Below, piece by piece: positions 21,441-35,142 of a stretch of DNA of 64,000 nt. Below the pieces are notes generated by a model. That model ran no database searches. It was not told where the DNA came from and saw nothing but the letters and a program-made list of their open reading frames with translations. Source of the DNA: Dimorphilus gyrociliatus (lineage: Eukaryota; Animalia; Annelida); assembly GCA_904063045.1 (NCBI GenBank), contig CAJFCJ010000014.1, positions 1,299,643 to 1,363,642 on the forward strand, in the 5' to 3' direction. The position numbers and the translations under genes were made by a program. The stretch's first letter is position 1; every line of letters begins with the position of its first letter.

Positions 21441-24168
21441 TTATCGGCTTCTTTGAACGGCAGTGATAGTGGCTTTTACGGCATCCTCTACATTATTAAA
21501 TAAAGATCCGCCTTTAGTAATCTCTTCTAAGTAGGTTCTGGCTCTGTTGTAATCTTTCTTGGCTGTTTCGCTTAGAATCTCATTATTAATACGGTCTCTC
21601 TCTATTCTCATTACACACAATATAACTTTACAACCGAGACCATAATAGTAGGCTGCTTCCAGCATTGAGGAAATACCTCTAGAATCATCGGTAATGACGT
21701 AAAGGAGGACACGGCATCTATCCTTAAGAGCCGCCTCTCTGGCAATATAGCGTGTGGTCCACTTATTCAAATAGGGATTATAATATGTTAATCCATTATC
21801 TTCAAATATCGGTACAGCAATCTTTTCTCTCCAATTGGAATTAGCGCAAGTACCACCCAAGTAAACATCGTAAGATTCACAGTAATAATTAGATAATTGA
21901 TAGGCCTTTCCAAAGATCAAATTATAAAAGTATCGGCTAAATGATTTTACTTTTTCCCAGGCGTCTCTGGTAAAGCTAACATTTTGATGATAATGAAACT
22001 CGGCAAGAAGACAATAAAATTCCTCAAGGCTATATTCTTCCATATTAAGTTTATTTTCAAATTCATATAACCATGCAGGTAAATCACGAGAAGTTAACTG
22101 TTTAAAAGCTTTTCTCATAACGTCTTTATTTAATTTTCCTTTTCCCTTCTCATCAAAAGTATCGAATACTTCCTTGACAATTCTAGTTTAAGAAGAAATA
22201 GCATTTAAATATATACAATATATATATATAAAACCTAATCTTTATTGAATAATTTAAAGGGAATGAATAATCTTACTTGAATTTTTGCCCTATTCGTACA
22301 TGTGGGCATTTCACAGGTATAGCACCATCGGCAGTTGATAAGTCTTCAATATTGATATTTTCATATAAGACTCTTTTAAGACATTCCAAAGCTGTTGGTA
22401 AATCATTAAAAACTGGTAATCCTTTTCTTTCTACCAAATGAATAAGGAAGGCCTGACTGCGACAAAGGTCATCGTATTCCCTAAAAGTAGAATAAGGTTA
22501 AATGGAGAAAGGACGGGAAGCATATATGATGGTTTATAACGAGAATACATATTTGTATATATAGCAATCATTATAACTATATATGCAAAATATAACTATA
22601 CTTACGTAGAAGATAGTTTTTCCCCAGCTACTAATTGCTCTGGTCCTTCAAAGGCTTTAACGACTAGAATAAGTGGTCTTCCCCTAGCAGCTAAATTAGC
22701 TGCTTCGACCATGGACGCAGTTGACCTTGTTGTATTTTCAATAACGAATAGAAGTATATCCGCATTTTCTTTTGCCTCATTTTCTATTTCGACTAGGGAT
22801 TCGTTCCAATCGTCTCTTTGCTATTTAGTATGATGATGCAACATAAACATTAGTATATTTATTAAAGAATCTTCCGGTTTAAATAAAAGATTGTCGAGTT
22901 TACTTACGGGATTGTAATAAGTAATTTTATTCTTTTCTAGGTATGGTAAAGCAATATCGGCTCTCCACTGTTTAAATAAAAGTATATACAATAGATATTA
23001 TTCGAATCGTAGAAATGAAGAAAGAGACAGAGAGAAGCAGAGAGAGAAAGAGAGGGAGAGAGGGAGAGAGGGAGAGAGGGAGAGTGTGTGTGTGTGTATG
23101 TGAAAATATAAATGTTTCTTACCGTTGTTGGATTACAGGAACCGCCGAGAAAGACTAATAAAAAAGAATAATTAATTAATTAAATTTAATTAACATTTTA
23201 AATTAAATTACAAAAATAATAATAAATATCTATAACATATATATGGAAAAATATACGGGTAAAGTGAGATATATGGTGGGGGTGGGTGTAGGGAGGAGAG
23301 TATTGTTTGCTATTACATATACCTATACAATACACAGTATATACACAGTATATATATATATATATTTATATATTTTTATATACTCTATATATACTGTGTT
23401 GAAGGGGTGGGTGGGATATTGTAGGCGGTTATAGGAGAAACATAAAATATATACACAGTAAAAAAGTTTTTATGGTGTATATAGGATAAAAACAAAAAAT
23501 GGGAGAGGGGGTGGGGGGAGAGAGAGTGAGTGAGTGCGAGTACAAAATTTTGGATACTAAAATGGCGGTTTTTCTTGTTTATACTAGATTGTGGAGTAGT
23601 AAAAATTGGGAGCAATATATAGGTTATAAGCATGCCCTTGACATTTTTACCTCTTCGTAGATTAGGAGATTGGGCTATAATTTTCCGTCTTAATGTTATA
23701 TACGATAATATTAAACAAACAACTGAACCTAGAAAAGCGAAAATGACGTAATATTTAAAGACATTGCTTATAGGTTATGTTATAAATAGAAAAGTGTTAA
23801 GCTCACCATTGAAAGACCTTGAGGAAGCTGTATGGAATATATAAACAAAATGATTAGTCATCGATGAAAATGTTTATTTATTTTTTTTAAAAAAAAAGAA
23901 AAGAAATTAGTAAAGTTGTTCCATACTCACATTTAACAGCACATTCTCCGGTTTTTTCCGAGAGAAGAGATAAAGGCCTGCTCGGAAGAGATCTGTTACG
24001 AAAAAGAAAAGGAAAACGTTATTTATTGTAACAAGAATACTACGATCTTTTTTTAGTATATACATATAATTAACAGTTTCGTTATTATGTAAACAATATT
24101 TGTATATACTTTATATATACTGCATTTACGTATAAAACTACTCACGAATTTCTATATTCTTTCTTCAT
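21441..24168 (-). CDS. raw: Raw/OLRN-1-like protein: two nucleoside 2-deoxyribosyltransferase-like domains flanking a degenerate EF-hand pair
   Basis: Nine exons from ATG 24168 (MKKEYRNSSLPSRP) splice in phase. Domain 1: VFLGGSCNPTT|WRADIALPYLEKNKITYYNP|QRDDW...LLFVIENTTRSTASMVEAA. Domain 2: VYLGGTCANSNWREKIAVPIFEDNGLTYYNPY...LLYVITDDSRGISSMLEAA. These match my recollection of the Raw repeat. Confidence 0.82.
23051..23096. repeat. (AGAGGGAG)n followed by (GT)n in a raw intron
   Basis: About four 8-nt units, then a GT run. Confidence 0.9.
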
Positions 24169-27100
24169 CTCCGCTACAATAAGACAAAATTCACCAAAAT
24201 TAACTTTATTATCGTCTTTCCTATTGGCAACTGCGCAGGCTTCGTGAACGGCATCTGAGACTGTTTATTTGTTTGTTAATATCATTTTTATTATTATTAA
24301 ACACTGATGACAAACCTTGCGATCTAGAAGGATAAATATTGAAAAAGTGTAAACTCTTTCGAACTTCTTCGTCGGTATGATAATTCTTATCGGTACTATT
24401 TTGCTTGAATACGTACCATAACGTTCTAAAATATATGAAAACACGATTATAGTTTACATAGAAAATATGCGGTTTTGTTGTAATAACTATTAATATTCGA
24501 CCGCCTACATTTAGATCTAGTTGTTACAACAGCGGTATATAAATATATACAGTAAATGCACATGTACTCCCTCAACAGTTTTTAATATTGGTTTGATTAA
24601 ACAATAAGATTTACTCACATTTACTCACATATCACGTGTTAATTTATAATCATACTAAAATATGAAATTATTAATAATAAACATTACGAAATCTCATTTT
24701 ATCCTCTCAGTCCTTTATTGTATAAAAAGAAAAAAAGGCCTAATCTGCTTTCACTAAACAATTTCTCATTCAAGGAGTTGATTGTTAAAAAAAAAGGAAT
24801 AATGAAAAAATTCAAACTAAACTGCCAGTGAAAGATCATTTAAACATTTGTTTACGTGACGGTTATGCAAATAGTATTAGGTGGATTTTTTATATTTATT
24901 CTATTCTTTACAAAATTGTTAAAGGAGGAAGATTATTAGGTAATAAAGAAGACTTGAATGAATTGAAAAGTAGGTTTGTTCAATCAATTATTCAGCAGTT
25001 TGAATTAATGAAAACAAATCATAGTAATAAGGATTTCGCAATCGCAATGATACACTATATAGGCTATATATGTGTTTATATATATATATATAGTATGATA
25101 TATGATATAAAATATAGTTATCATCGATTGTACAATCACACTAGCCACTATCACGAATTTTTACAAATAAAGAAATAACGTGAGTTCTATTACATATCGT
25201 TGGTTTGATAATTTCTCAAATCTATTATTAACTTCCATATATATATATATATATATATAATTATATGTATATTATATGTATATTTAATTTAGGCTCTCTT
25301 AATATTATATAATATTAGTTCATATTAAAAACTTCATACCTGAATGGTAACATTATATTTGTTGTTCACCTTACGGAGGTTGGTTGCTTTCTGTCTTCAA
25401 TCGAAAATGTCTTATAAGTCATCGACTGAATCACTTTTTAAAAATGCAAAATCTTGTTCTTTTGCATTAACTTTTTAATTTTTATAAAGAAAAATTTGTT
25501 TTGTTTTTTTTTTTAAAAAAAAAATATTCAAAAAACTTTTTCCTTTATAAATTTCTGACCGACCAACAACCAAATAGATTGTGAATTTCACTTTCGCGCG
25601 TAAGTAAAAAGTTAGCCACCAGGATCGCTGTATCGTGACGTAAATTTCTAAAAATAGAACTGACATCAACATGTGATTAATCAGAGTTTTGCTACAATCA
25701 AGAGCAATTAGTAAAACTACTGCCTTGCGTCTCTGCACAATAAGCGATATCAGCAAAGATCTGAATTGAATATTCAACGAGAACTTTTGAATATCAGCAA
25801 TATTTATTGCAGTACCCTGGACATGGGATGTAGGCTTAAATCTGTCAAATCAGCGGTTTTTCGGCTTACACGAATAAAAGAATAAGCTGAATATTGAACT
25901 TTTCTCAAACTCTACGTAATTACAAAGACAAATTTTGAATAGGACTAGTTTCCTAAGCGCAAAAGGCAATAATCAGGTTAAAGCAGAACAGTATGATGAA
26001 TTTGGAGGTTGAATTAGGGGGCGGTAGGTGTGAAATGACACATACAAGACAGACTAGGAGCCAATAAAATGAGATGAAAGATAGAATAAGTGTGAAAATG
26101 ATAATGAAAGAAGGACAACTAAAGCAAGGTTAAAATATAAGAAAAAACTACTTTTACTGGTACAAACTAGTATCATTTTTAAATGGTTATAACGAACTTG
26201 TTAAACAGCACTTCAAAGTAGAGTTTAAGGTCATATTGACAAAATAATCGTAAGCAAAATTCTCTTCGTTGTTGATTTACAACGTTTAGCTAGACTTTTG
26301 AAATAAGGACATATTGTTTAGTTAGACTTTATATTTATTACATTAACACTCTTCGTACTCTTTGATTAAAACCAGAAAAAGTAGAGTAAAACGGAGATGG
26401 AAATATACGTACAGTTACATATACAGTATATATTTATATAGACATATAGATAGGAAAGATGGAAGGGAGGAGATAGAGAGAGAGAGAGAGAGAAAGAGAA
26501 AAAAAGAAACGACAAGAATACAGATAAATATATAAAAGGAATACTTATATAAATTTATAATTACAACTTAATTAGCGTTTTAATTAATTATGAAAAAAAA
26601 GGCGAAATATACATGAAAGAATGATTATAATAAGATGTTTGTTTTAGCTAATTTTCCATTGGAGCTTTGATTGATACAATATACTTTGTAGACAATGCCT
26701 TGAAGTTTTCTATACGCATAAAAAAACTGACTTTTTACATATTCTACCCTTTTATTCGTTGTTTGGAAATTTTCTCTTCTATTTATCAATTTAATATATA
26801 TGATATAAGATAAATAAAACATATTATCATGTATCCTCCCTCCCTGCCTTCCTCCTTCTCCCACACACACACACACACACACTCTCTCTCTCCTCTATTT
26901 TTAGTCTCAAATGTTTTTTACATTTTTCAATGTCCAAATTATCTATCTTAATCCCGCCCATCTTTTATTCTTTAAGTCGTTCGGTACACTAGACAATTCT
27001 GTGAGCATTTTTCTTTTTTCTCCACTCTGCTTGTTAGCTCCATTTTAGTGAGGATAAAAAGGAAATATATATATATATATATATATATAAGAGAGAGAGA

Positions 27101-30100
27101 GAGAAAAAAGGGAAAAGATGCGATAGTTTCAATTACACTTAATTACATATCACTCTTAAGGAATGCTATTATTATATTATGAACTTCTTTTCTTATGCTG
27201 AATAGACAAAGTTTCTGACATATAATGGCGTATCACTAACGTATCTATAATTAGGCGAATGATTCTATATAATTTATGCAAATGAGAATATTATATTATA
27301 AGTTATCTTTATTTTATAATATTGTTGTTGTTAATTAGGTAATTAATATATAAGAAACATTATTCATACATTGATCGATCTTTTAATGAATGCTAAAGAA
27401 ATAAGGTTAAAGAACAGATTGAAAATTTATCAATTCCTGGCCTATATGATTTTTTTTCTTATTTCTTCCTGTCTTATACTATCTATTAAATTTTTAAAGA
27501 ACATGTATCGATAACACCATAAAATATAGACTTACATGATTGATTTTGCAAAAAGTTATGCCTATTTTGCCGTATTGATGTTATTATTATATACCTAATT
27601 TTAACTATGTCCTTCAAATGAGCCACAAAGTTAGACCAACTAGTAAAATATTGTCCTTTTTTCTCATTTGATAAAAGAAACTATGAATAAAAGATCAGAG
27701 TTCTATAATGAAACTTTCTAATCATTTTCCAGCCTTAGATAAAGTCGTATTAATTATAAATAGAATATTGCACATTTCTCTTTAAAACATGAATATAGTA
27801 TATTAAAAAAAAAGGAAATAATAAAAAAAGAATTAATCATTTATAAGAAATTTAAATTGAAATGATCTAATTTTCTTCATACTTCTATCTTAGTTAGTTG
27901 AAATGTATTGTTTTATATATAAATTTACCATTTTCGACACTTTTTTTGAACTCTTTCTGTTTTATTGCTGACAGAATGAAAAAAACTGAATTACGTAAGC
28001 TTCTTATATGACGGGCATATGTTGAAAATATATAAAAAAATATAACATTTGTCTTAAGTGTCTCTCTCTCTCTATCAATCTATCTTATCTTTGAAAAAAA
28101 TTATATATATGTATATATATTACTATTAAGAACAAAGAGAAGAGAAAACTGAGGCAGAAAAGATATATATATATATACTGTATATACATATGGAAATGTA
28201 CATTAAGCATAATTTGCTTTTTTTTCTCTGAGTCATAGTTATGAATGATTATCAGGTAAAGATTTTTATAATTCTTTACAGAAGAAGAAAAGTTCATTAG
28301 CATTCAGCTGATTCATTATTGAAAATGTTTTTGCTTTTTCATTTCATTCATTCTTTTTTAAACTAAAGAGATTTCTTTCATAATTTCTATTTAACATTGA
28401 ATTGTAGAAAGGACATTGGTCTCTTTATTTTCTCTTCTTTTAAGAGAATGGCTAAATGACAAGTTAGAAAGGAGTTTGATAATAATTAATTTTAAAAATT
28501 TACACTTTAGAAAGAAAGAAAAAGTACAAAAGAGTATTTCTACAGGCACGTCTACATAATTAACATCATATTTGAAATATTCAGTTAAGTTTGTCATCCG
28601 TTCACATGTGCCCTCTACCGGAAGTAAAAACATAAAGAATAAAAATTAGTTAATTCTATATTGATTTTTATGCCTTTCACTATGTTTCGTTCTGAACAGA
28701 ATGATATGTTTTACTCTACTAAAAATGAATATTTTATATATCATTTACATAGTATGTACAGTTTATGGTTTGAGAGTTATTATTCTATCATATGAGAAGA
28801 AGGTGAAACACTTCATTCCCTTTTTTTTTATTTAAATTTAAATCCATTAGTTTTACTGTATTGATTCATGCTTTTGTAAGAGAGCATTAACCTTTACATA
28901 GAAGGGTTTTTTTTTCCTTTATCATCCAGCCTTAATTTTATTAAGAGCGTAACTCTTAACATTATCGAATTGTCTCTGAAATAATTGAAAATGACAAATA
29001 TTAAAACAGAAAGAAAAAAAAACAATAAATAAATAAATAACAAGGATAGGCGTAGAATAAAAAAAGAAAATAGAATAAAGAATTGATCAATTGGCTTTTT
29101 TTTTCTCGTTACAATGTTATTATTTGTAAATATATAAGTATATAAACGTTGAATATATACAGTATATATATATATATATATTTATGTGTATACATACTCT
29201 AATTAAAAAAAACGCTACAGCATTTGATTCTCCTTATTGGATAAATCGATTTTCTTTGTTCACATTTTACGCAACGAGGATCACCTTTTATACCAAATAG
29301 TAATTAGCTGTATTTGACTATATTATTTTATACCATTTTTCACACTACCGTAACCTAAATATCTTATTCTTCATAGACTAGGATTTTTGTGTCATGCTCG
29401 TTCTCTTAATTGCAAATAAAGTCTGTATTTTTATTTCTCCAAATATATATTGATTTTTGTCAATTTCCCTCTTCGTGTTTCTACGTCTCTGGAACCTTTA
29501 TTCTTTTCTTCCTCTTTGTCTACCTATTTCTTCTCTTTTTTCCTCTTATTCACACCAGTTTGTCATTTTCTATATGTATCATGTCTTTAGTCTCTTCACC
29601 TATTCTTTACACTTCAGAGTTTCTCATTAAAAATTTCCACTTTTCTTCAACCAGCTGCTCTTTTCTGTATTTAATTAATGAATGAAAATGATGTAGATGA
29701 GATCTCTAATGCATTAAAATCTACTTTTTTGAGTTATCTCCAAATATGTCTGGTTTCTAAAGATAAAAACATCTGTTAAATTAACATCTTTTAATTTATA
29801 ATGCTCCCAATGTGCAATTTTATCGACTTTAACGATTTTGCGTTTTCATATACAAAACTACTACACCATATGTAATAAAATACTGAAAAAGAAATAAACT
29901 AACATCAGTTGGCATAAACATTATAGAAAAAAAAGTGTTACATACTTTTAACAAATGAAAACAATATCTTAAAAGGTTTATTATTCTTGTTCAGTTAAAT
30001 ATTTTTCAATTACAATAAGGAAAGTAGTAAGAGATACATTTAACAGATATCGTTATTGCGTTGCTGTATATTACCAATCAAACGAATTGATTGTACACTC

Positions 30101-31535
30101 ATTCAGGCGAAAGTAATGATTAAGAGCCTCTGTTACGTAGATTTTCTATGCTATATGTATATCCAAGGAATGCTAATCAAATTAGTATTGATATCATCTA
30201 AAGTGAATATATACTTTATAAGAAATAGTGCCAATTAAATAGGAGACGAAAATTAGTTTCCATAGAAATTGTTTTTGAATATGTGCGATTATGACCTCCG
30301 GCTTTCGTCCTTTTTATTGCTAACCGATTTTTTTTATTTCATATTGAAAATAAATAAATAACAAAGGCTTTAGCATGAAAATTGTATAGTTGTATGGCTT
30401 TTTATACATTTACATGAAATCAAGTCTAAATATAATTATAACTTCAATTTCAATTGATCCCAGTTGAGGAAATAAAACTTGTTATAAAAATGAAGTAACA
30501 ATATTTCCGCTTATAAATAAGTTAGTAGTCAAAAAAGTATTCCCCTTCTTTCATATAGGCGACAGTTTAGAGAAGGTTAGGGATTTACTATTTATGAGAG
30601 ATGAATGCCAATAAGAGGAGATAATCTTTTTTTCATGTATATCAAATAATTTAATGCTACTATTATTCACTTGAAGAAAAGCTTGTTTGTTAATAATTTC
30701 ATATTTTAACCTTTTAGTTAGAAAAATGAGTTTTATACTTTCTGTTTTTTCACACATCTCTTGCTAATAATCCTACTACTATTGTTAAACAATAACATAA
30801 ATGTTGATAGTTTGTCTACTAATAATTTTCTCAGTATTACACGATATTTTGCACCTGTTATTTCTATAAATACGAAACGCTATTAAACAAAATAAAAATA
30901 TTAAGCTATTCGAACATATTTTGTGTTAGAGGCCTCAGTATTTCGTCCTGTCCTTGCAATGCTTTTATTTTAATGCTAGTCATTTTGCTTAATATTTTAC
31001 TTTTGAAAGTTTATTCCTCTCATTTCGTTTAAATGCGTACTAAGAGCTCCAGGGTGTAAGTTAGTTTGCATTGTTTAGCCATATACGTGAACATAGTAGC
31101 TTATTTACGACGCCTTTGCTCTATTCTACCTTGTTGAAATTAATATTTTAACCTTGGTTTCAAATTAAAATCATCAGTTTCCTTTCGTATTGAATTTCGT
31201 CGTTAATAACGTATATTTTCCCTAAAGAGCACAATTGAAATTGAAAAGTAGGTTTCCTTCAAGCAATACCGGTAAGCTTACCCTTAATATATCTTATTGT
31301 TAATTACAAGTTGTAGTAATAAAGTGATTGATTTGAAACGCACTGAGTAGTGTTATACTCACTTATTGATTGTTCGTCCATATCTAAGTCTAAATCTAAT
31401 AAAAGACGCGAAAAAGAATGCGATATTTCATACATCATTTACGTCGAGTCCATTTTACAAACATGTAAATAAAAACATTCATTTGCTTTATAAAATAGAG
31501 GAGTGATAATGACAGAAGCATTCAGCTCTATATAA

Positions 31536-34500
31536 TTAATAAATTATGTTACTTCGCCTTCTCCTTATATGTTGCCCTTGACTCAAAATCTGATTAAGAT
31601 CAATATTTTCCACACTTTCTTCTAAATTGAGTAATTCCGCTTCAAACACCTCCGACTTTGGAGATTTAGACACTCGACTCAAATCCGTCAATTCCACAAC
31701 AGGAAAATTATTAACTCTATCGACTAGCACAACATCATACATAGCATGAGGATCTTTCTCTAGTACAGAAGAAAATTCTACTCTTACTCGATCAACGAAG
31801 CGCAAAAACGCTAATCTGTTGGCTGAGTCTCTTATTATGTAATATCTGTATAATTTTTTATCTGCCAATCCAATCGGAAGTTTATCGGTAACATCTTCTG
31901 AAACCAATTTGGCGACAATATCGTAAAAATTATTATCAACCGTCTGGGGTAAGTGTCTCAAGGCAATTGGAAAGCGTTCGACTGTACAGCAAGAGTCTAG
32001 CAGCTTGATTTCAGAATGCATTATTTTTCGTAATTCAATAGAATCCCTTCGTCGAGCTACATTGAAATTTATAAGACGATAGCTAAGTCCTTCTTTTACC
32101 TGAGAAATAAAATTATGATGATGATTAAAAACAAAAAAAATAGTAAATAAAAAACATATAGAATTGGTCAAAGAAATTTCAATGATAGTTTAGATTGTTT
32201 ACCTGCTCGCTTTCCGCTGAAGTTCGCAGAAGCAGCATACACTTTGCCCGACTTTTTAAACAACGTAATGTGGCTCTCTGGCACTCATAGTCATTTTCTA
32301 AAGGATCAGACATACTTGCTGCTTTTAAACCTCTTTCGATTCGTTCCTTCTTACGATATCCCACCATGCATGGTGCATGAATCCTCTCTATAACGACATC
32401 TACAGCAGTTACATATCCTCCACCACATTTCAAGGAGTTTAGTGGTAATATAGGAAATTTATGAAAGTGCCCTAATTTCAACCACCCAGCGGCTCGTCTG
32501 GTTGAATTAAAAGATAACTGAAATCGGACATTTTGTGCTTCATCTTCCCATGGCTCACAAGCCTCACCAATCATCTTAGCATTAGCCACAATTAACTTAG
32601 CACCATTTCGAATTTTTCCACTCCTAGCTTGTTTTAATAGTAATTCGTCAAGATCCGCTCGTATACAATAATGCCCATCAGATAGAGTAATAGAGTCTTT
32701 TATTCTTGCGCAAACTAAAAGAACTACAGGAATTGCAGAGTTGACATCCTTATTTAGAATGCTTCGTAACACAGGAATATTACGTGCTCTTCGTTCCAAA
32801 TCCAATCGATATCTAGAGTTGTTGAAAAAATATAAACTTAACAAAAGTACTTTCGAAATCGAAAAATACAAGCTTTAGTTAGAAAATGAAAATTTCATAT
32901 TATTGATGTGTTAAGCGCTGAAAGATGACAAGATCTAATTAAGTTTCCTTTTTCTTACCTTAGCAGCAGGTCTCTTAGAACTTCCTCTTCCATTAAACTT
33001 CTTCCAATAGATGAGTACCGTTCATAATTAGATAATTTCCACACGATTAAACCATATGCTGTTTTAGTCCAATTATGATGAACTTTCGCTGGATTCACTC
33101 CGGGAGATGCTCGTAGCGCATTGTGAAATTCTTCCCAACCAGCTTTACCTCCCGAGTTCCATATTAGGTTTGTACCGTTTGACAGTGTTTTAAAAATTTC
33201 GCTAGAATCTCCGCATGAGAATTCGTATGCTAGGGAATTATTTAAGGAAAGACAAATTGACGTTTCAGTCTTTTTTATAGATAATATTTTAGATAGTCAA
33301 TTATACAAGAGCTAAAGTTGTCTGTTTTTGACGTATTAAAATGTCAATTACTCGCAGAAATTAAAAGAAAATAAATATTTATAGGTAAATCGATTTACTT
33401 GTTTCTGAGCTTAATTGGTATCTAATTTATATTATCTATAGACCTTTGTCGATTTCAGAGCTTCTTTAAGAGTCATTCGTTTCCCTGTGTTTTGAGCTAC
33501 CTCATTAGATGGAAATTCTTCGTGAGAGTCTGTTTTTGATAAAATAAATTCTTTTTGATTATTTCTCTCTCTTTCACGTGCCTGCAAGACGTCACATAAA
33601 ATTGCAGCATCCTCTAACCAGTCATCATCTTCTGCGTTTGAATTAAGAGACGATGTCAAAGTCGCATCGGATCCTACTTCTAAATTAATATCTTTCCATT
33701 GGTTTTTTTCGTGTTCTTTCGAAACTTTAATGCCTTCGTTAATGTTGGATTTAATACAAATCGATAATTTTCTTTTTATTGCCTTTGCATTATTTTTATC
33801 GGTTTCAAAATTGTCTATTGGGGTTTCATTTGTCTCCTTTAATCCTTTACTACAAAAATAATTTAATTTTTCCGTATCTATTAGGGATTCCGATGAATCC
33901 TCTTCCTCTTTCCATCTATTTCTGACATGTCTTAAAGCTTCTTCTGAAATGGTAATGCTTTTTCCACTGGCAGTTTGAAAACCTACGAAAGAATTTGTAT
34001 TCCCCTCAGAGACATTTCCAGACCTTGATATTTCTTTGCCAATCACTACATCGACGTCTTTTATACTATCGGTAATGTTTCGCGACAGATTCTTGTTAAC
34101 TGAATCTGAACATGTAATTTCCATTTCCTCATCTTCCATACGACTTCGAATTTTCTCCAGAGCTTCCTCGGAGATGTGAATATTTTTTCCGCTCGCTGTT
34201 TTAAAGCCTATACAAGGCCTTTCTACTTCCGTGTCTTCATTGTTAGCAGCTTTTGTTGTTTTATCTATATTCGCTTCTCTTTCTTCTAGTTGCTCAGTAC
34301 TTTCCTCGTCAAGTAGAGAATTAAAACATGAATCTAATTCATCATCTTTCCACATGCTTTTGACTTGCTTCAGAGAATCCTCAGATATGTGAATATCCTT
34401 CCCGCTCGCCGTTTTAAAGCCTATAAGAGATCCGTTAAAGGTCTCTTTTTCGCAAACGGCCTTAGATTCCATAGCATTCAAATCATATTCTGAACAGACG

Positions 34501-35078
34501 GTACTCTCCCCCTTTAAGAGGCTTGAAGAAATACAATCTTCTTCATTCCAGCGACTCCTTACAAGTTTTAAAGCTTGTTCCGAAATAACTATATCTTTAC
34601 CATTTGCAGTTTTAAATCCTATGAAGGGTTGCTCCGCTGATTTTTTATAATTTTCATTAAAGTGATCTACTTTCTTGTCTTCATTTGCATTAGGATTGAA
34701 TACATTGCCTAAATCTTTTTTATATTCATTGCTAGTTGAATCTAATTTTCTCCTTTTCTCTTCTTGGGATGGTTCTATATTTTCTACATTCTCTCGTTTT
34801 GCTGGAACTTTAAAATTTGTAACTTTTAAAGGTTTTTTAAAAATTTTAGAATCATTGTTTAAGGTAGAACGAATAATTGATGATAACTGTTTTAAAAGAG
34901 TGCCTGAAACAGAAAATTGTCTTATTTTGCAAACAGAATCGCAATTGTTTTGTAAAGATTCCGTCAATTCTTCTGTTGAAATTTGTATAACTTTATCTGA
35001 AGAAGTTCTGAATCCAATATACTCAATACTTTTTAGATTGTCTCTAAAGCTATCATCTGGAACTACTTGCTCATTCAT
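31536..35078 (-). CDS. BRCA2: BRCA2 homologue, compact (about 1,100 aa)
   Basis: BRC repeats (GFKTASGKxIxISEEAL) in the 548-aa exon; helical domain (GKAGWEEFHNALRASPGVNP...WKL); OB1 (TLSDGHYCIRADLD...KIRNGAKLIV...FNSTRRAAGWLKLG); PLNSLKCGGGYVTAVDVVIER; OB2/OB3-like terminal exon. The junction near 33260-33440 is not resolved. Confidence 0.93.
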
Positions 35079-35142
35079 AATTCTGATATTCTAGAGAAAA
35101 GTACTTATTTATTGAATTCACAATTTGATGTCCGCCATAAAG

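Noticed and set aside
18593-30757. ORFs rich in YIYI, ERER or FLF runs
   Set aside because: Translations of (AT)n, (GA)n and poly-T tracts.
33432-35078. Periodic repeats as a CRISPR-like or satellite array
   Set aside because: They are in-frame BRC repeats of BRCA2.
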